Shown here: positions 40,017 to 58,199 of the stretch, in pieces
How the letters are laid out: every line of letters begins with the position of its first letter
Numbering within the stretch: position 1 is the stretch's first letter
Assembly (NCBI GenBank): GCA_000320545.1
Contig: ADNK01002758.1
Coordinates: 1-64,000 of the forward strand
From: Bigelowiella natans CCMP2755
Taxonomy: Eukaryota; Protista; Cercozoa
Direction of reading: 5' to 3'
Length of the DNA stretch: 64,000 bases
Notes under the pieces: generated by a model
The model's database searches: none
What the model was told of the DNA's origin: nothing
What the model saw: the letters and a program-made list of their open reading frames with translations, nothing else
Position numbers and translations under genes: made by a program

Positions 40017-40716
40017 GTATTTGATCAAGACATCATGTGATGACAGTAGTAAAATTAAAAAAAAGGATGATGATGATAATAATAATAATAATATTAATAA
40101 TAGGGTATATGTACTGCTGGAGAGTTTGACTCCTCTCAAAGCTTATGTGTTTCGAGACGGTACTGTAGCATGCATCATCTCTAATGTCTGGCTACAGTAT
40201 TGCATCTTTGATATCTGTCTATCTATCACCTAGTATCTTTATCACCATTGATTCTTCCTTGTCATCACCAATGTTTCATTGTGATTATTGTTGATAAGAG
40301 ACTCTTTTTCTGTTTCTCTATTATTGTTGTAATCATCATCATCATCATCGTCATCAATATCCTCACTACTTCTTACCACCAGGTTTAGCACGTTTGTGTA
40401 CAGAAAAGTATGCAGCACCTTCAAGCGGAAATCTCAACAATACCTTTGTTCATCTAACAAACTATCACCTTAATAAGGTAATAATGGTAGTAGCAGTTAT
40501 AGTTTGTGTGGGGGGGGAGATGGGAAGGGATAGACATCAACACATACAACAAGTCAGCAATGGCAATATTGCCATCATCATATATCAACCAACACAATAT
40601 GAAAATGCCAAGTGGTTACTAACCGAAAAGGAAGAAAGGGGGGGGGGGGGGGGAGACGGGGATAAATACTCACAAATCAACAACGGAAACAAAGTAGTAG
40701 AGATAGTAGCATCGGC

Positions 40717-40749
<33 letters not shown>

Positions 40750-40813
40750 CAGTAGTAGTACATGTTGTAGAAGTACTAAGTAAGTAAATAACAAGTATTC
40801 AAAGGTGCATGGC

Positions 40814-40848
<35 letters not shown>

Positions 40849-41174
40849 CAGGATAGCGAAAACTTCAAGAACGCTGACACATTTGACCAAATGGTACCAA
40901 CAGTAGTAGTAATAGAAGAAGAAGAAGAAGAAGAATAGTAACAAATGAAAGATAAATATCAAAAAGTGGAAATAACAATACTAAGTGCTCAACGTGTAGC
41001 ATAGAATAATGATGCTAAGGGTGTATTAAATAAACTAATTCAATCATGCAATGATATCGGTCGTTTAAAGACAAAAAGCTCAAAGCGAAGTATCAGGACT
41101 GCTTTACACCAACTCAAAAGCCAAAATAACGATTTCAGGTAAGTACCTACTATGTACCTAAATGCACTAATATT

Positions 41175-41213
<39 letters not shown>

Positions 41214-42430
41214 GTGTGGCAATCTACTTCATCATCATCATTATCATCCAATTGATAATGATGCTTTCTTTTTTCCTTCCAAACATGTATTCTTATCTGA
41301 CCAGTAAATAAATAACAAATAGATCTGACCGGTTTTGGGCAGAAGTTGATGATATTGTGGCTAAAACTCTGGTCAGTGATTCACTGCTACTTCAATATAT
41401 TATATATTGAATAGCAGTCGGAAGAAGAAGAAGAAGAAGAAGAAGAAGAAGAAGAAGAAATGGATTACATATTACCATTGCTGCTATTTGTTGCTTCTTC
41501 TTCTTCTTTTTCTTCCTCTTTCTTCATTTTTTAATGCACTATACACGACCAATATTAACATAGATATCGATTTGGCCATCCTTGTGGAGCTCGTATATTA
41601 GAGTCTTCAACGGTAATTACTCTAAATACATTTGATGATGATAAGATAATCATGAGAAATCTGGCAATGACTCAGCGCCATCGTATACTAATTAATTTTC
41701 GTGTTGTATTCTCTTTGAATGTATGTTTATAATATGACTAAATGTAGCTACAATATCGTCGTCCTCCTCCTCCTCCTCAAAGCAAGCATCGTCTTCTTCA
41801 CCATCATCAACATCATCAAATCGTAGACAACGTGTACCACCATCATCGTCATCATCAAGTAGTAGAAATAATAACAAGAATAATAACACGGCTGGTATCC
41901 CACCTGCTGCTGCATATTCTTCATTTTCACGATATAGTAGCAGTAGTAGTAGTTGTGTAGCTCCCACTTCAAGCAGCTCCTCAACCTCCTATAACCCTCC
42001 TCCTCCTCATCCTCCATCTGGAAGAAGAAGAAGAAGAAGAAGAAAAGGTTCTTCTTCTTATCTCCGTAGTAGTAGTGGCACTGATACTGCTACTACTATC
42101 TCTGATAAATCTAACACGAAAAAGAAACACAACAGTAGTAGTAGTAGCAGCAGCAGCAGCAGTAGCAGCCCATACAAGCTCTACATATGCTCTTGTGAGA
42201 AAACAGATCAGAAATACATCCCAGTGCATCGAAGGCCATCTTTAACCTCCACAGTACTTGGCCACTTGAACAATATGGAAATGGTAGTTAGTCAAGATCA
42301 AGCTACTACAACTAAGACTCAGGGAGACGGGGGGTGGGTAAGACATGCTACTGGATGGTCACCGAAGATAATTGATGGGTAGTAAGCGAGGCTCTTAGAA
42401 ATAGTACTTGTAGGTATCTATGCATATATA

Positions 42431-42487
<57 letters not shown>

Positions 42488-45400
42488 TGCTGTTATCAAC
42501 ACCAACCACGACAACACTGAAAGAAGATAACAGCTAACCAGACATCAAAATAACTACCACATAGTAAATACAACTGTGCTCGTGCATGCATCCATGCACG
42601 CGTGCGTGCGTGTGTGCATAATAAAATATATAGCCGCCTCCTCCTTCTCGTTTTAAGGCAGAATAGCATTCATCATCTACACCAAAATGAGCTGTCAAAC
42701 TGCTAACACACTATACAGAACTGAATAATAATGTATTGCTGTGTTTAATATTGAGGGTCATTCTCAAATATAGTAGTAGTAGGAGGAGGAAGAAGAAGAA
42801 CTCTTCCAATGAAAATAGCTACATCATCATCATCATCATCATCAACATCATCATCATTATCTTGCTCATCATCAGAGTACAAGTACTTACACCTATACTG
42901 GATCGGTTACCAACAAACACGTCGATATGCTCACAAGACTCAAAATGCTTCCAAATGCTGGGTAAGTAATCATTAGGCATTATCATCATCATCATAATAT
43001 ATTACCTGTTCCATAGTAGCTGAGAACATATAATATATAACGAATTATATAATACATTATGATAAGAACGATACTGTTTCCAAAGAAAGTGGACAGATGT
43101 GATGATTATATATACCACTGGAAAGATCCTTGTTGGTAAAAAATGCTACAAAGAAGATTTATTAATTACTTACTTACTTACTGTAAACGACGTCGATTCA
43201 GGCTTCGATATTCTTCTAGATTCTAGAAATAAAGCATGGTTATTGGAAGTAAATGCAGCTCCAAGCTTTAATACTGGTAGCGCTCTCGATGACTATCTAA
43301 AGGTTGCGTGTGTTGTTTGTGTTGATTTCTAAACTTACCCTATTATCGATGCTGACGTATCCCAATAATATCATTTGACTCTTAACATCTCTCACCTACT
43401 ACCCATCACCTATATACACCACCACCATCATTATCATTACGATTCACTGTTGTTGTTGTTATCGTCGTCGTGATCAGGTTTCTTTGGTTGAAAGCTCCTT
43501 ATTTGCTATGCGGTACATATCAAATGCCGATGTAGAAAGAGCAAAAACACTTCAGAAACAGCACCAGCTAAAACGAGCTCTCAAGTCGCAAATGAGCCTT
43601 TTAAGATGGCGTGAAAGGTGGTGTTACATACATGCATACACCTCGAGTTGTTGTCCTCCTCCTTCCTCATCCAAGTTTGAGCAGCAGATAGATATAATGA
43701 ATGACACGACTATTGATATATAATCGTCGTCGATATACATGCTGGCAGCAGCGTAATCAAAAGTAGAAAACCGCATATCTATCTTCAATTCGTCGTTAAA
43801 ATATATAACTTATAATTATATGTTTGCTCAAGACGTGCAAGACGGCTAATGCTTAAAAGTCAATTCTATGAAAGAGATTTTCTAGCAAAGAAACGGTCAG
43901 AGTTGGACGATATACGGACCGAGATCAAGAAAACTGGGAAATTACAACTTCAAGTAGTCATTCTTGCATCATAAACCCTATCCCTTCCAAGATAACCACT
44001 CCTTTCTGTAAATATCTACCAATTTTCCTCCTCTCCTCCTCCTCCTCCGTCTCTATCTTTATTCGTTTGCCAAAATATTGATTCAACTATTCTTGACGTT
44101 ATCATATTTATTGTTGTTAGAAATTATAGATTTGTTCTTCTGTTCATGGTACATTCTTCGTCTTCTTCTTCTTCTTGTCAGGCCGAGCAAGATTTACGTG
44201 ACTTTTTAAGAGAAGCACGGAGGCAACAAGGCGACGGATTGATGAGCGGTCAACCTAGTAATAATATGCCTGATGGCTGTTATAACGATGCTGAGAATGA
44301 AAGGAAACGTGGTTCTTCTCATCGTTATCATCACCATCCCTCAATTATTCCTCCTCCCCCGCGGCTTCTCTCGTCATCATCACCATCATTATTATCGGGG
44401 AGGCAGAGGCAAAGTATCAACCACACTGATACTATGAATACTCATACCACCCCCTTCATAGTTGAGAATGATAAGGATGATGGTGATGATGATGATACTG
44501 CTGCAAATAATGGCGGTGCTCATCGTAAAAGCAGAATTAGACCAAATGCACAATCATCATCGTCATCATCATCACGTACCAACAGCAGCCTCACCACACA
44601 TAATGGCAAACAACTAGCAGCCCCTTCTTCTTCTTCTTCTCGCTACAATTCGCCTTCTTCTTCCATCAAGTCACCATTCCTAGACTCAACTGCTACAGAG
44701 CAACGAGTCTTAAGGAGGTACTTGAAACTGCTCAAAAACGGCAGCAGAACTTCCTCCTCAAACAACAACAACAACAACAATAATAACAATAAAGCAGCAT
44801 CCAAAAAACGGCAGTCGACTAGACGAAATCACGAGTTTTCAGCGTCCTTCGCATCCTCTAGCACCTCCCATGGTTAGTATTAATGGATCACGGAGAGAGA
44901 GTGTATTATTAGTCATTACTACTGCTGCTGATATAATGAATGATGGTGATGATGAAAAACAATTCAAGAATGACAACCAAGAGGAAATTGTCATAAGTCA
45001 CATAATGCCTAGATTATAGGCTGGATTTATCTAAAACTTTCTAAATACTACGATTACATTACAGGATTGAATTTGCCCAAAACTCAAACTGAAAGCACAA
45101 GGTTAAGGCCGAAGACTTCAGAGGGAGATAGTAGCACACTATTATCATCATCTAGGAATAATCGGCTACTTTTTCCTCAAGTTGTTAAAGATTGGAAGAT
45201 GACATCAGGAGGAGAGGACAGTGTATGTTGCTTCTTCCTTTTATACTACTACTACTACTACTACTGCTACTACTACTACTACTACTATTGTTTTGCCTCA
45301 TTTTCGGACCCCAGCCAAATGTGCATCATGTGAAAATTAAAATTAATTTTCTATTCTTAATACTATGGTCTAATTTTCATCTTGGGTTGTTGTTTGTCGT

Positions 45401-46027
45401 TTTTGTTTTGTGAGAAATGATATGATAGTGCAATAATGCCAGAAATGCCACCACCACCATCACCATTGTATCCTCCTCCTCTTCCCCTTCCTCTCCTTTG
45501 GCTAATTTCATCTCTTTTCATCCGTAAAAGAACAACTCCGGACGCGAAGAAGAAGAAGAACAAGAAGTAGAAGAACAAGAAGATGATGAAAAAGAGCAAG
45601 AAGAAAAAAATAAAACAGGAGCTGCTACTGCTGGTATTGAAGGCGGTAGTATAGCAAGAGGAAACACCTCCTTGTTGTCATCGTCGTCGTTTACTAATCA
45701 GAGCAGGGATGATGCAGCCGCCGCAACAACAACAACAACAACAACAACAAGTGGGCATTGTTCAGGAGGCACTGCTGCTAGAAATGTGAACCAGCAGCAG
45801 AAGCAGCAGAAGAAGAAGGGCTACTTTCCGAAAAACTTCAAGGCCTTAAAGCATGTCCGGTTGTTACCGTTTGAACATAATCCACACTTAGCTCTCTTCG
45901 CGTCTCCAGTGCTGCAAATGTTATACTATGCATGTCTTACTGAGAAGGGTCTTTCAAGCTCCAAGTTTGTCAGAGTATTGAAGCATTATGGAATCCTGAC
46001 AGGTGAGAGAAAGTTGCACTCTTTGAA

Positions 46028-46071
<44 letters not shown>

Positions 46072-46616
46072 CGTCAGTCATTATCTGTATTTCATTCCTC
46101 TATGTTACAAAGGAGATACGTCACGGGCTCGTGCAAGTTTGGCATTCATTCAAAATCTTAAACCTAGAAGAGCGGATTCTTTAGATAGTGCCCGAGGCAG
46201 ATCCGGCCTCCGAGCAATGAGTTTTACAGAATTTTGCCAAACGGTTCTTCTCATCGCTCAGAAAAGGTGGTATTGGAATCAAGCCTCATAAACAATGCAT
46301 ATAACATATATATATATATATATATATAATATACATATACATATACATATATTCTTATTACTATTCTTTGTGTGTGGAGGCAAGCAGGAAATATATTTTC
46401 TACTACACATGATGCCAAATTACTTTTGGACTTACTTTTGTTCATTTAGCACAGCATCTGCGTCACATTTTGCCTTGATTAATTAGATTTCCTGGCCGTC
46501 GACCATTCAAGACATTACGGTTGCTGCTCAAATTAGTACATATCGGTTTAGTGAAGGAATTTAAGCAGGAAAAGGGAGGACTTCGGAGACGTGCGGCGAA
46601 GGGATCGAGAAAGTGA
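37974..46616 (+). CDS. TTLL11: Tubulin polyglutamylase, TTLL family (TTLL11-like), multi-exon; true start lies upstream
   Basis: Exons: TNHFPD (38650), YPKDFRFTPREWSLP, YILKPSSGSQG|MGI, VAQEYIANPMLLDGYKFDLR|VYVLLESLTPLKAYVFRDG|LARLCTEKYAAPSSGNLNNTFVHLTNYHLNK, SSKRS, FWAEVDDIVAKTL, CFQMLG|FDILLDSRNKAWLLEVNAAPSF. C-terminal LSSSKFVRVLKHYGI...MSFTEFCQTVLLIAQKRFP resembles the TTLL11 tail. Stop at 46614-46616. Subfamily assignment is from remembered motifs. Confidence 0.88.
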
Positions 46617-46744
46617 GGTCTTCATCAGGCAATGCTGCAATGTGTAAAATGAGTTAGTTCGCCCTACTAGTTTACTTATTTACCCACGGATGGAATTTCA
46701 AATTTTATAAATCTTGACGGTACGTACACGGTACTGATTACTGC

Positions 46745-47740
46745 CGAACCAGGCTGCTGGTTGTGGGCAGTTGTTTCTTTCAACACTGATGACATGTGTG
46801 AATTCTTAGCTTGCTTGCAAAATTAATCACAAGTGTGGCCACGTCTGTGGATGCTACTGTGTGGTGATTTGCTCCCATGATGATGCACTCCAACCCGCCC
46901 CCCCGCATGTGTGCACGCATCGCGCAATCAACAATGTGTATGCATCGGATCGTATGTGCCAGAACGATAGTCGTCATGCTAGCATGCTGCAACGCACATT
47001 GCATCTTGCAACGCTAGAACGGTGCGGAATGCGCATGTCATCAGCAGCGCCGCCACGCCATGCGATGCGCAGATGTAAGCTTAGAAATGCAGAATCTCAA
47101 CATCATGATGATCGAACCAATCCGAGAATCCAATTCAAGCATTGTCTGTTTCATTGACGTCTCCATAGGTCTTGCTAGCTCATTGAGCTCAGATTCAATG
47201 TGACTTGATGACCTGGCAAAAAATCACACTGTCTTGTTTAGCTGTCAAAATAGCAAAGCTCACAATTGGACGCGACGACCAAAAAACCGTCAGGCACAAA
47301 CCTGATCACCAGAAGGCTAGAAGGCATTCGTGCACGTGCTAGCGTGTGAGGGTACGTTGCACACACAACAACAGCTTGTGCTACTAGCACTACTAGAGCA
47401 TGCTAGCATGCTCTGCTAGATCGAGCTAGACAGCCCGTCAGATTCATTGTCGTGACGTCAGCCATCTAGCTATGGGAGATCGATTGAGATCAGAGATCTA
47501 GAGCTGCCTAGCTAGCTAGATGTGCACATCCACAGCCCGTAGCTAGACAGACTAACTGGCAAACCATTCTAGCATTGCACATTGAAAGCAAAATGCACAC
47601 ACATCGATCTAGACATGCTAGCATGTGTGCACATGATCGAGAAGACATTCTAGCATTGCTAGATTGATGGCAGATGGGAGAGCCTCAGCAAGCTCAGTCT
47701 AATGACGGTACTAGAGCATCTTGTGTGTCGATCGAAGAAG
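46745..47740. other. TpA-depleted, CTAG-enriched intergenic island 4
   Basis: Dense gctag/ctagc/catg/tgca with few other TA, between the convergent TTLL and kinase 3' ends. Confidence 0.75.
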
Positions 47741-48378
47741 TACACACTATGTATAACATTATGAGTTACTTGGTCTTTCTCTCTAGAGCTATATTCCATT
47801 TCGCACATCTGTTCAAGTGCATAGATGTTCAGTGTGGAACATTATGTGGACCTTAGGTCCCCTATGACATGTGCTCATTCCGACACAACACATGCACATT
47901 TTGTGCTGTGTATGCTATGCTGGCCACACTGTAGGCCATGTACATTATATAAAATGATAGATCGCACAAAATATGTATCATCAACATTTAAGGATAGCAC
48001 TGAAGGATAACCCTGTTTATCAAGGCATTCATAGACATTTTTCACATACACAATTTTTTCCTTACATGGTACGTTCTGTACATATTTTTTCTATTGTTGA
48101 AGACAATGCACGGGCATTGGCCAGCTCAATTATTGATGTTGGCTCCCAAAGTTTATTTAGGAAGACACTTCTCTACTTTGTGTCAAAATTTCCGACTGTA
48201 AATTCTTTCTCGAAACGCTAGCTTTTAGAACCCGATATTAAACTCTGCACAGATGTATTTCTGATATACATCTTTATGGCAGCGTTGATATGAGTTGACC
48301 CTTTAGCATCTTTTTACAGGAAGATTTTCATTGGTTGAAGAGTGAAAGAGAGAGAGAGAGAGAGCTTATTGTTGTTAT

Positions 48379-51669
<3,291 letters not shown>

Positions 51670-53210
51670 CTAACATTAAGGATGAACATTGGCTCTATAA
51701 TTTTCCATATGTAACGTGAAACCGTTTAAATACTCCCGAAAGGAAATAAAATGTTCATCACGAATCTACTTACACTATCACAACCCACAATTTTCGCTAC
51801 ATCGGGACCAAATCTATTACTACGAGATTCAGCATTTTTGCAGGTAAGTGATGTTACTCACTTTTGACTGTTCCCGTTGTTTATTTACGAAGGCCCCTCT
51901 TGTTAGAGAGCGAGAAGAAAATGAGGCTTATGGGCGAAGAATGGCGAGCAGGGGAGCTTCTTTGTTGAGGAGCGTTGAAGCTATGCTTAAAAATGGGGTG
52001 TGTGCTTGAAGCAATCAGACCTTCGATTTCAATTTCAAGACCGAATATTAATCTAAAATACGCCTTTCAGAATCAATCACCTCACAAATGTAGGATGCTT
52101 CGAAGCGATGTGTACGACCCCCGGTAGTAATCGACAAGAAAGAGCTCACCAATCAACAGCAAACGAAGACGAAAATGTTTTGTCTAAAATACATGGCATT
52201 TAGGCCTATAAGCAAAATAGCACGATGATTTCTCGGAAAAAATCCAGGTCTTTAGCTGTGTTTGGGGGGGTTTGGATATGATTATAGTGTTAAGGGGGTA
52301 TGAAAGCCCATATTTTCCTGCTGCGGGCCGTAGCAAAAGGTGTTGGACATGATTTTAGCATGTCCACATTTGTCGCATGTCTAATTTCGTCTATATCTTT
52401 AATAAAAGAGAAACTATTTGAGAGAAATCGCTCCTTCTGTTAAAGCTGGTAGTGCAAATACATGAGTATAAATTACCATAACTACTGCTTAACTCTTTGG
52501 TGTTGAAAAAGTACCATTAAAAACAACTTGTAGTTTTATTGAATCTTCAGTGTCTCTCCAAAAGAATTCATGGTTTTAAGTGAAAAATATTTAGATATCC
52601 GGCAATGACAACATGGGTGGGGTACCCAATACAAAAAGAAGTTGCGGCAATATATTCACTTTTAGACAGTCAAAACCTCCCAAAAGAAAAGGCTGATTTA
52701 TTTGAGGTATCCGTCGTAGATCCAGGATCAAATGCTCTCCTTTTCTTTCATGGATTCTTGTGCTCCTGGAACATTTTTGTAAGACAAAAGACCATGGACA
52801 AATCATCCTCGCCATTACCGGATACTAATATTTATTTGACTGTACGCCCCGGGTATCATCATCATCTTTAAGTGTCAGGGTCATTATGAACTAGAAAAGG
52901 GCAACCCTGTCATTCGCAGTTATTGTCAGTTTTACAACCGGATACTACCCGGTATATAAACCCATCTGCTGCCTACTTCTGAACATCGTATTTCCCAGCG
53001 GGTGCTTTCTTTTCGGGGGGGGTGGTGGAAGCTCTCTGGCTTCGACGCAAAGGAGCCACATTCGCCATGCCTTCTCGTCAAATTACGCCTGTTATGACTG
53101 ATAACGAGTTTCTGAACTACACCAGAAGCGGGGGTGATATTCGGAGATATCAGAGAGGTGTTGTTCCCCACTAATGATTCATTCTTTTACCTATTTTCTG
53201 ACATGGCATT

Positions 53211-56200
53211 ATGATCTGCCTAAAACTACTATTAGTAAACGAACAAGGCGATGGTGCTTTACTGGTTGCATCGCGTATTGGCCGTTTGGATATTGTAGAG
53301 GCTCTAATAGACGCAAATGCATCAGTGAATGAGACTTCAGACGGAAACTCATCGCCACTGACCGCTGCCAGCATGAGAGGACATATCGACATTGTTAGAA
53401 GACTTTTGTCTTCAGGCGCGGACCCTAATCGTGAAACTGACAGTAAAGACACTCCCCTTTCCCTTGCTGTCTGGAAGAATCACACGAAAGTAGTGAAGGC
53501 TCTTATTCGAGCTCGTGCAGATTGTTCTCATGTTGATAAATATGGAGATACAGTACTTATTGACGCCATAAAGCACGGAAATTTCGAGATTATCAAGTAT
53601 GTCCTCAGTAGTAAGGCGCCAATTAATCACACAAATAACCACGGAAATTCTGCGCTGATACTTGCCTGCAAGCTTGGCAAAACTGAATGCGGACTGCTTC
53701 TCATGGATCGAGGGGCTGATGTTAACGTGCCAGACGAGAAGGGAAACTCTGCGTTTTATAACGCTGCAAAGATGGATAATGTAGTTATTTGCAAACACAT
53801 GGTTGAAGAAGCCAAAGTTTGTCCTCTCGTCCGTGAGAAAAATGGAACGTGGGCTGGTGGGGTTGCAGGGGCTGCATGCGGCCGTGCTATTTTCTCGAAA
53901 TGTAGTCCTCAAGACCTCTTGACACCTGAAGAATTCAATAATCTTATTGCTCCTCCATTACGTGATGAAAAGTTTATGTCAATGATCAAAGATGGGCACG
54001 AAATAAATTCGAGTCGGTGGGTATTTGGGGCCAAGAAAGACAGACCGCTTATCCGGGCTTGTAGAGTAGGCAAACTATCATGGGTGAAAGAAATCGTCAA
54101 TGCAAAGGCAGACCCAAACGACGTAAACACTGAGAATGTAAGTGCTTTGGTTGAAGCATCAATGAGGGGTTTTACATCAATTGTAAAGTATTTGCTATCG
54201 AAGAAGGCCATAGTTAATATAGTAACGAAGAAGGAAGATACACCACTTTCTCTGGCTGTATGGAAGAATCACGAAGATACTGCTAGGCTACTTATTGAAG
54301 CAAAAGCAGATTGCTCGCACCAAGATAGCTTTGGAGATAATATCTTGATCGACGCAACAAAAAATGGAAATTTAAGTCTTTGCCGTACTCTTTTAAAGTC
54401 GTACAAGGATGATCCTGTGCTGATCAAATCAATCAATCATCAAAACAAGGATGGTAATTCTGCTTTCATGCTAGCATGCCAACAACGGAAAATTGAGTGT
54501 GGACGTTTACTTTTGGAACAAAAAGCAGATCCGAAGCTTGTGAATAGGTCTGGTGTATCCGCATTGTTTTTGGGTGCATCCAACGGAGCAAAAGAGCTAT
54601 GTCGGCTGCTAATAGAAGAATCAAATGTTGACCCCAAAGCAAGAGAGAATAACGGTACCTGGGCCGGTGATTTTGCATTGGGTGTTTGCAGGTCTTTCTT
54701 CCCTGGTGCTAGAAAAGCTTTAACAAGAGAAGAAATGGATAAGCTAATTGCACCGCCTATTAGAGATGAGGATTTCATTACAATGGTCAAAGGAGGACAA
54801 GAAATCAAGTCAGATCGTTGGTTCTTTGGGGGGGATAAGAAAGAGCGTCCACTGATACGTGCATGCAGGAAGGGAAATCTGGAATGGGTAGAGACGCTTG
54901 TGAAGGCAAGGGCAAATCCAAACGATGTAAATTCGGAGGATGCAACACCTCTAGTTGCAGCATCGAAGAGAGGCTATACGGCTATTGTAGAGTATTTATT
55001 ATTTCAAGGGGCAGTTGTGAATGTGATAACAAGAACCAAGGACACTCCTCTTTCTCTTTCAGTATGGAAGAACCATACAGATACAGCAATGCTGTTAATA
55101 CGCGCAAAGGGAGATTGCTCACGCGTGGATAGATATGGTGATAATGTCCTGATAGACGCCACAAGGCATGGGAATATTAGACTGTGTGAAACCATTCTTA
55201 GCGATGGTGATTTTGCATCTATTAATCATCAGAATAAGGATGGATATTCAGCATTTATGGTTGCATGCCACCAAAAAAAGACTGGGTGCGGACGGTTACT
55301 TTATGAACGTAAGGCAGACCCAACACTTCTAAATAAACACGGAGTTTCGGCTTTGTACCTTGCAGCTCAAAGTGGAGCTGTGGACTTGTGTAGACTCCTT
55401 ATTGAAGAGGCAAAGATAGATCCAAAGAAACGAGAAATGAATGGCAGTTGGGCGGGTGATGTTGCTCGTGACGATGAGTGCCGATCATACTTTCCAGGGG
55501 CAAAAAGACCACTGACAAAGGAAGAACGTACGCAGTTAATTGCACCTCCAATTCGTGACGAAGACTTCATTGCAATGATTAAAAAGGGGCAAGAAATTCA
55601 GTCTGATAGATGGAGATTTGGTGAAAATAGAGAAAGACCACTAATTAGAGCTTGTAGAAAAGGAAATCTTGAATGGGTTAAAGAAATTGTAAAGGCTAAA
55701 GGCGATCCACATGAGCTGAATAACAAAGGTGCTACTCCTATCGTGGCAGCTGCTATGCGTGGGTACACTCTTATTGTAGCCTATTTGCTGTCTCTTGGGG
55801 TTGACATCAATAGAATGACCAAAAATGGGGACAGCCCTCTCTCTCTCGCATGCTGGAAGAATCATTCCGACACCGCTATATTCCTTATAGACAAGAAAGC
55901 AGATGTCACTCGCGTTGATAACTTTGGAGATACGGTGACTTAGTAGTAGTAGCAGCAGTGGTGGTGGTGGTGGTGGTGATAATGTTTTAATTGGACCTGA
56001 TGATGATATAATTTGGGGGATGCAGTGGTAGTAGGTACTAGATAAGAGTTTTAGTAATTGTTGGACGTCGCTACTGTTTGATATTCAAAAGTAGTATTAT
56101 CATGTTTCTTACTTGTTTCCTACAATCCAATCAGAATTTGTGGCAAAATTATCAATATTCTTGTCATCATCCTCCTCCTCCTCATCATCCTTATAATCAT

Positions 56201-57112
56201 TATCGTAATCTCGCCTCTTCTTCATTCAGGTGCTGCTAGATGCTGCAAAGAATGGAGCTTCTGCTTTATGTCAAAGACTTCTCGATACGAACAAATTTAA
56301 GCTGAATCATAGAAATCGTGAAAAGAAAAGTGCTCTTATAAATGCAGTTGAGAATAAGCATGCAGACACAGTGGATGTGTTGCTTAAAGCAAAGGCAAAT
56401 CCAGATGGAGACGTTCTACTTGCAATGGTAAACGATGGTGATGAGGATAGTAAGGACAAATCCTCCTCATACTTCTCCCCTTTGATGATTGCGTCGCAAA
56501 ACGGCTCTGAGCACATCATAAAGTCACTGTTAAGTGCTAGAGCTAATCCAGATTATACCACTCCAGACGGCAAAGATATGTTGGCTATTGCACATCCATC
56601 AGTACAGCAAATATTTCTAAACTTACGATTGAAGAGGCAGTCAAGTATTCAAGTAGATACTAGCAGAAATTGGAGCTCTTTAACTTCGATGAAAGAAGCT
56701 ATAGATTACATATGCCAGGAATTTAAGAGTGAGAACATGAGCGCCGTGATCATTCGGCAGCTAAATCATCATTGCTGTGCAGAATACGTAGGCGACCTCT
56801 TCACTACAGCACCTCTTACATGGGATACTCTTTCAGTGCCAAAGCGATTTAAAGCTATGCTCCAGGAGATCGTTCGATTAGCACGTAAAAGGGCCAACAC
56901 CACAAAACCATCATCGTCATCATCATCAGCAGCAGCAGAATCCAAAGGAAAAGGGGATTTAATGAAAGAGGAATACGTCCGTGAGCAGATACGGTCTCTA
57001 CAATTCAAGTCACGCATGGTAGAGAACAATAATGACATCGACGTGATGATGATGATGATGATGATTATGCACCGCATGGCATGCATACATGCATACATTC
57101 AATAATAATGAC

Positions 57113-57147
<35 letters not shown>

Positions 57148-57208
57148 CGTTGCATGTGCAATGATGATGATGATGATGATGATGGAGTCAAATCGTAGTA
57201 GTCGAATT

Positions 57209-57250
<42 letters not shown>

Positions 57251-57254
57251 CACT

Positions 57255-57299
<45 letters not shown>

Positions 57300-57988
57300 A
57301 CGTATACCATAAAAATGCAGAAGATATTTTTGGGCTCTCTTTGTTTCCTTCTCTTTTCTTCTTATTATTGTGTGTTTGCAATATAGATATATACATCTAT
57401 GTAAGTAGTAGTGTTAGTGCCTTCTTGCTGCTGTTGACTCATAACCCTGCTGCTAAGCTTATCATCACTGTATGATAGGTATGGAAATAATGACATTACC
57501 AACTTAGTATTCATCATATGCTACTACAGGCTGAGAGGAAAACGAAGCTCGAAATGTATAAGAGCATAATAGAAATTGCAATAAGCGATGAGGTCCTTAC
57601 TTCAAAAGAACTTGGACAAATTCAAACGGTTAGGGTAAAGCATAGTCTCACAGATCAAGACCATGATCTCATATTACAGCAAATTGGAATCTCCAAGGAA
57701 CAGTACCAGCAGTACACACGCAACAAACTCAAGTACCCTCGTAACGGCGGATATGGTGATGATGGGATGTATCACGCTACCAATAACGTGGAAGAATCTA
57801 AAGCAGCAGCTGCTAAGCTGTTAACCTGCGTTGTATGTCTTGATGCGAGAAGCGATCATGTTGTTGTACCTTGCATGCACCTTTGCCTATGTGGAGATTG
57901 TGCTCCTTTTTACAAGCAGCAACAAGGTAATCTAGCATGCCCAAAATGCAGATCAAAGGTAGAAACTGCAATGAAGGTCTTCTTATGA
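53211..57988 (+). CDS. Ankyrin super-repeat protein with SAM-like region, helical (TerB-like) domain and C-terminal C3HC4 RING; putative E3 ubiquitin ligase
   Basis: Exons ~53227-55934, 56230-57018 and 57530-57988 splice in frame (GT-AG). More than 20 ankyrin repeats (TPL..A...G...V..L+...A..N). RING CVVCLDARSDHVVVPCMHLCLCGDC...CPKCRSKV. Additional small 5' exons are likely between ~51750 and 53135. Confidence 0.9.
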
Positions 57989-58199
57989 GTTGTAGTAGTA
58001 ATAGTAGTGCCAATAGTCCTTGATTATCAGTCAAAATGAATTTCTAACCTCAGTATGAACAACCTACCTTCTTGATGCATGCATCATTTGCTACGTCATT
58101 TACTCTTCCATGCTATGCAGATTTAGTTTTACATTGATTATAACAAGTCATAGTAATTATTTACAAATATAATCAATCGCTTATATGAGAAGTATCATC

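Noticed and set aside
53171-55865. Minus-strand ORFs overlapping the ankyrin exon
   Set aside because: Antisense shadows of a long coding exon.
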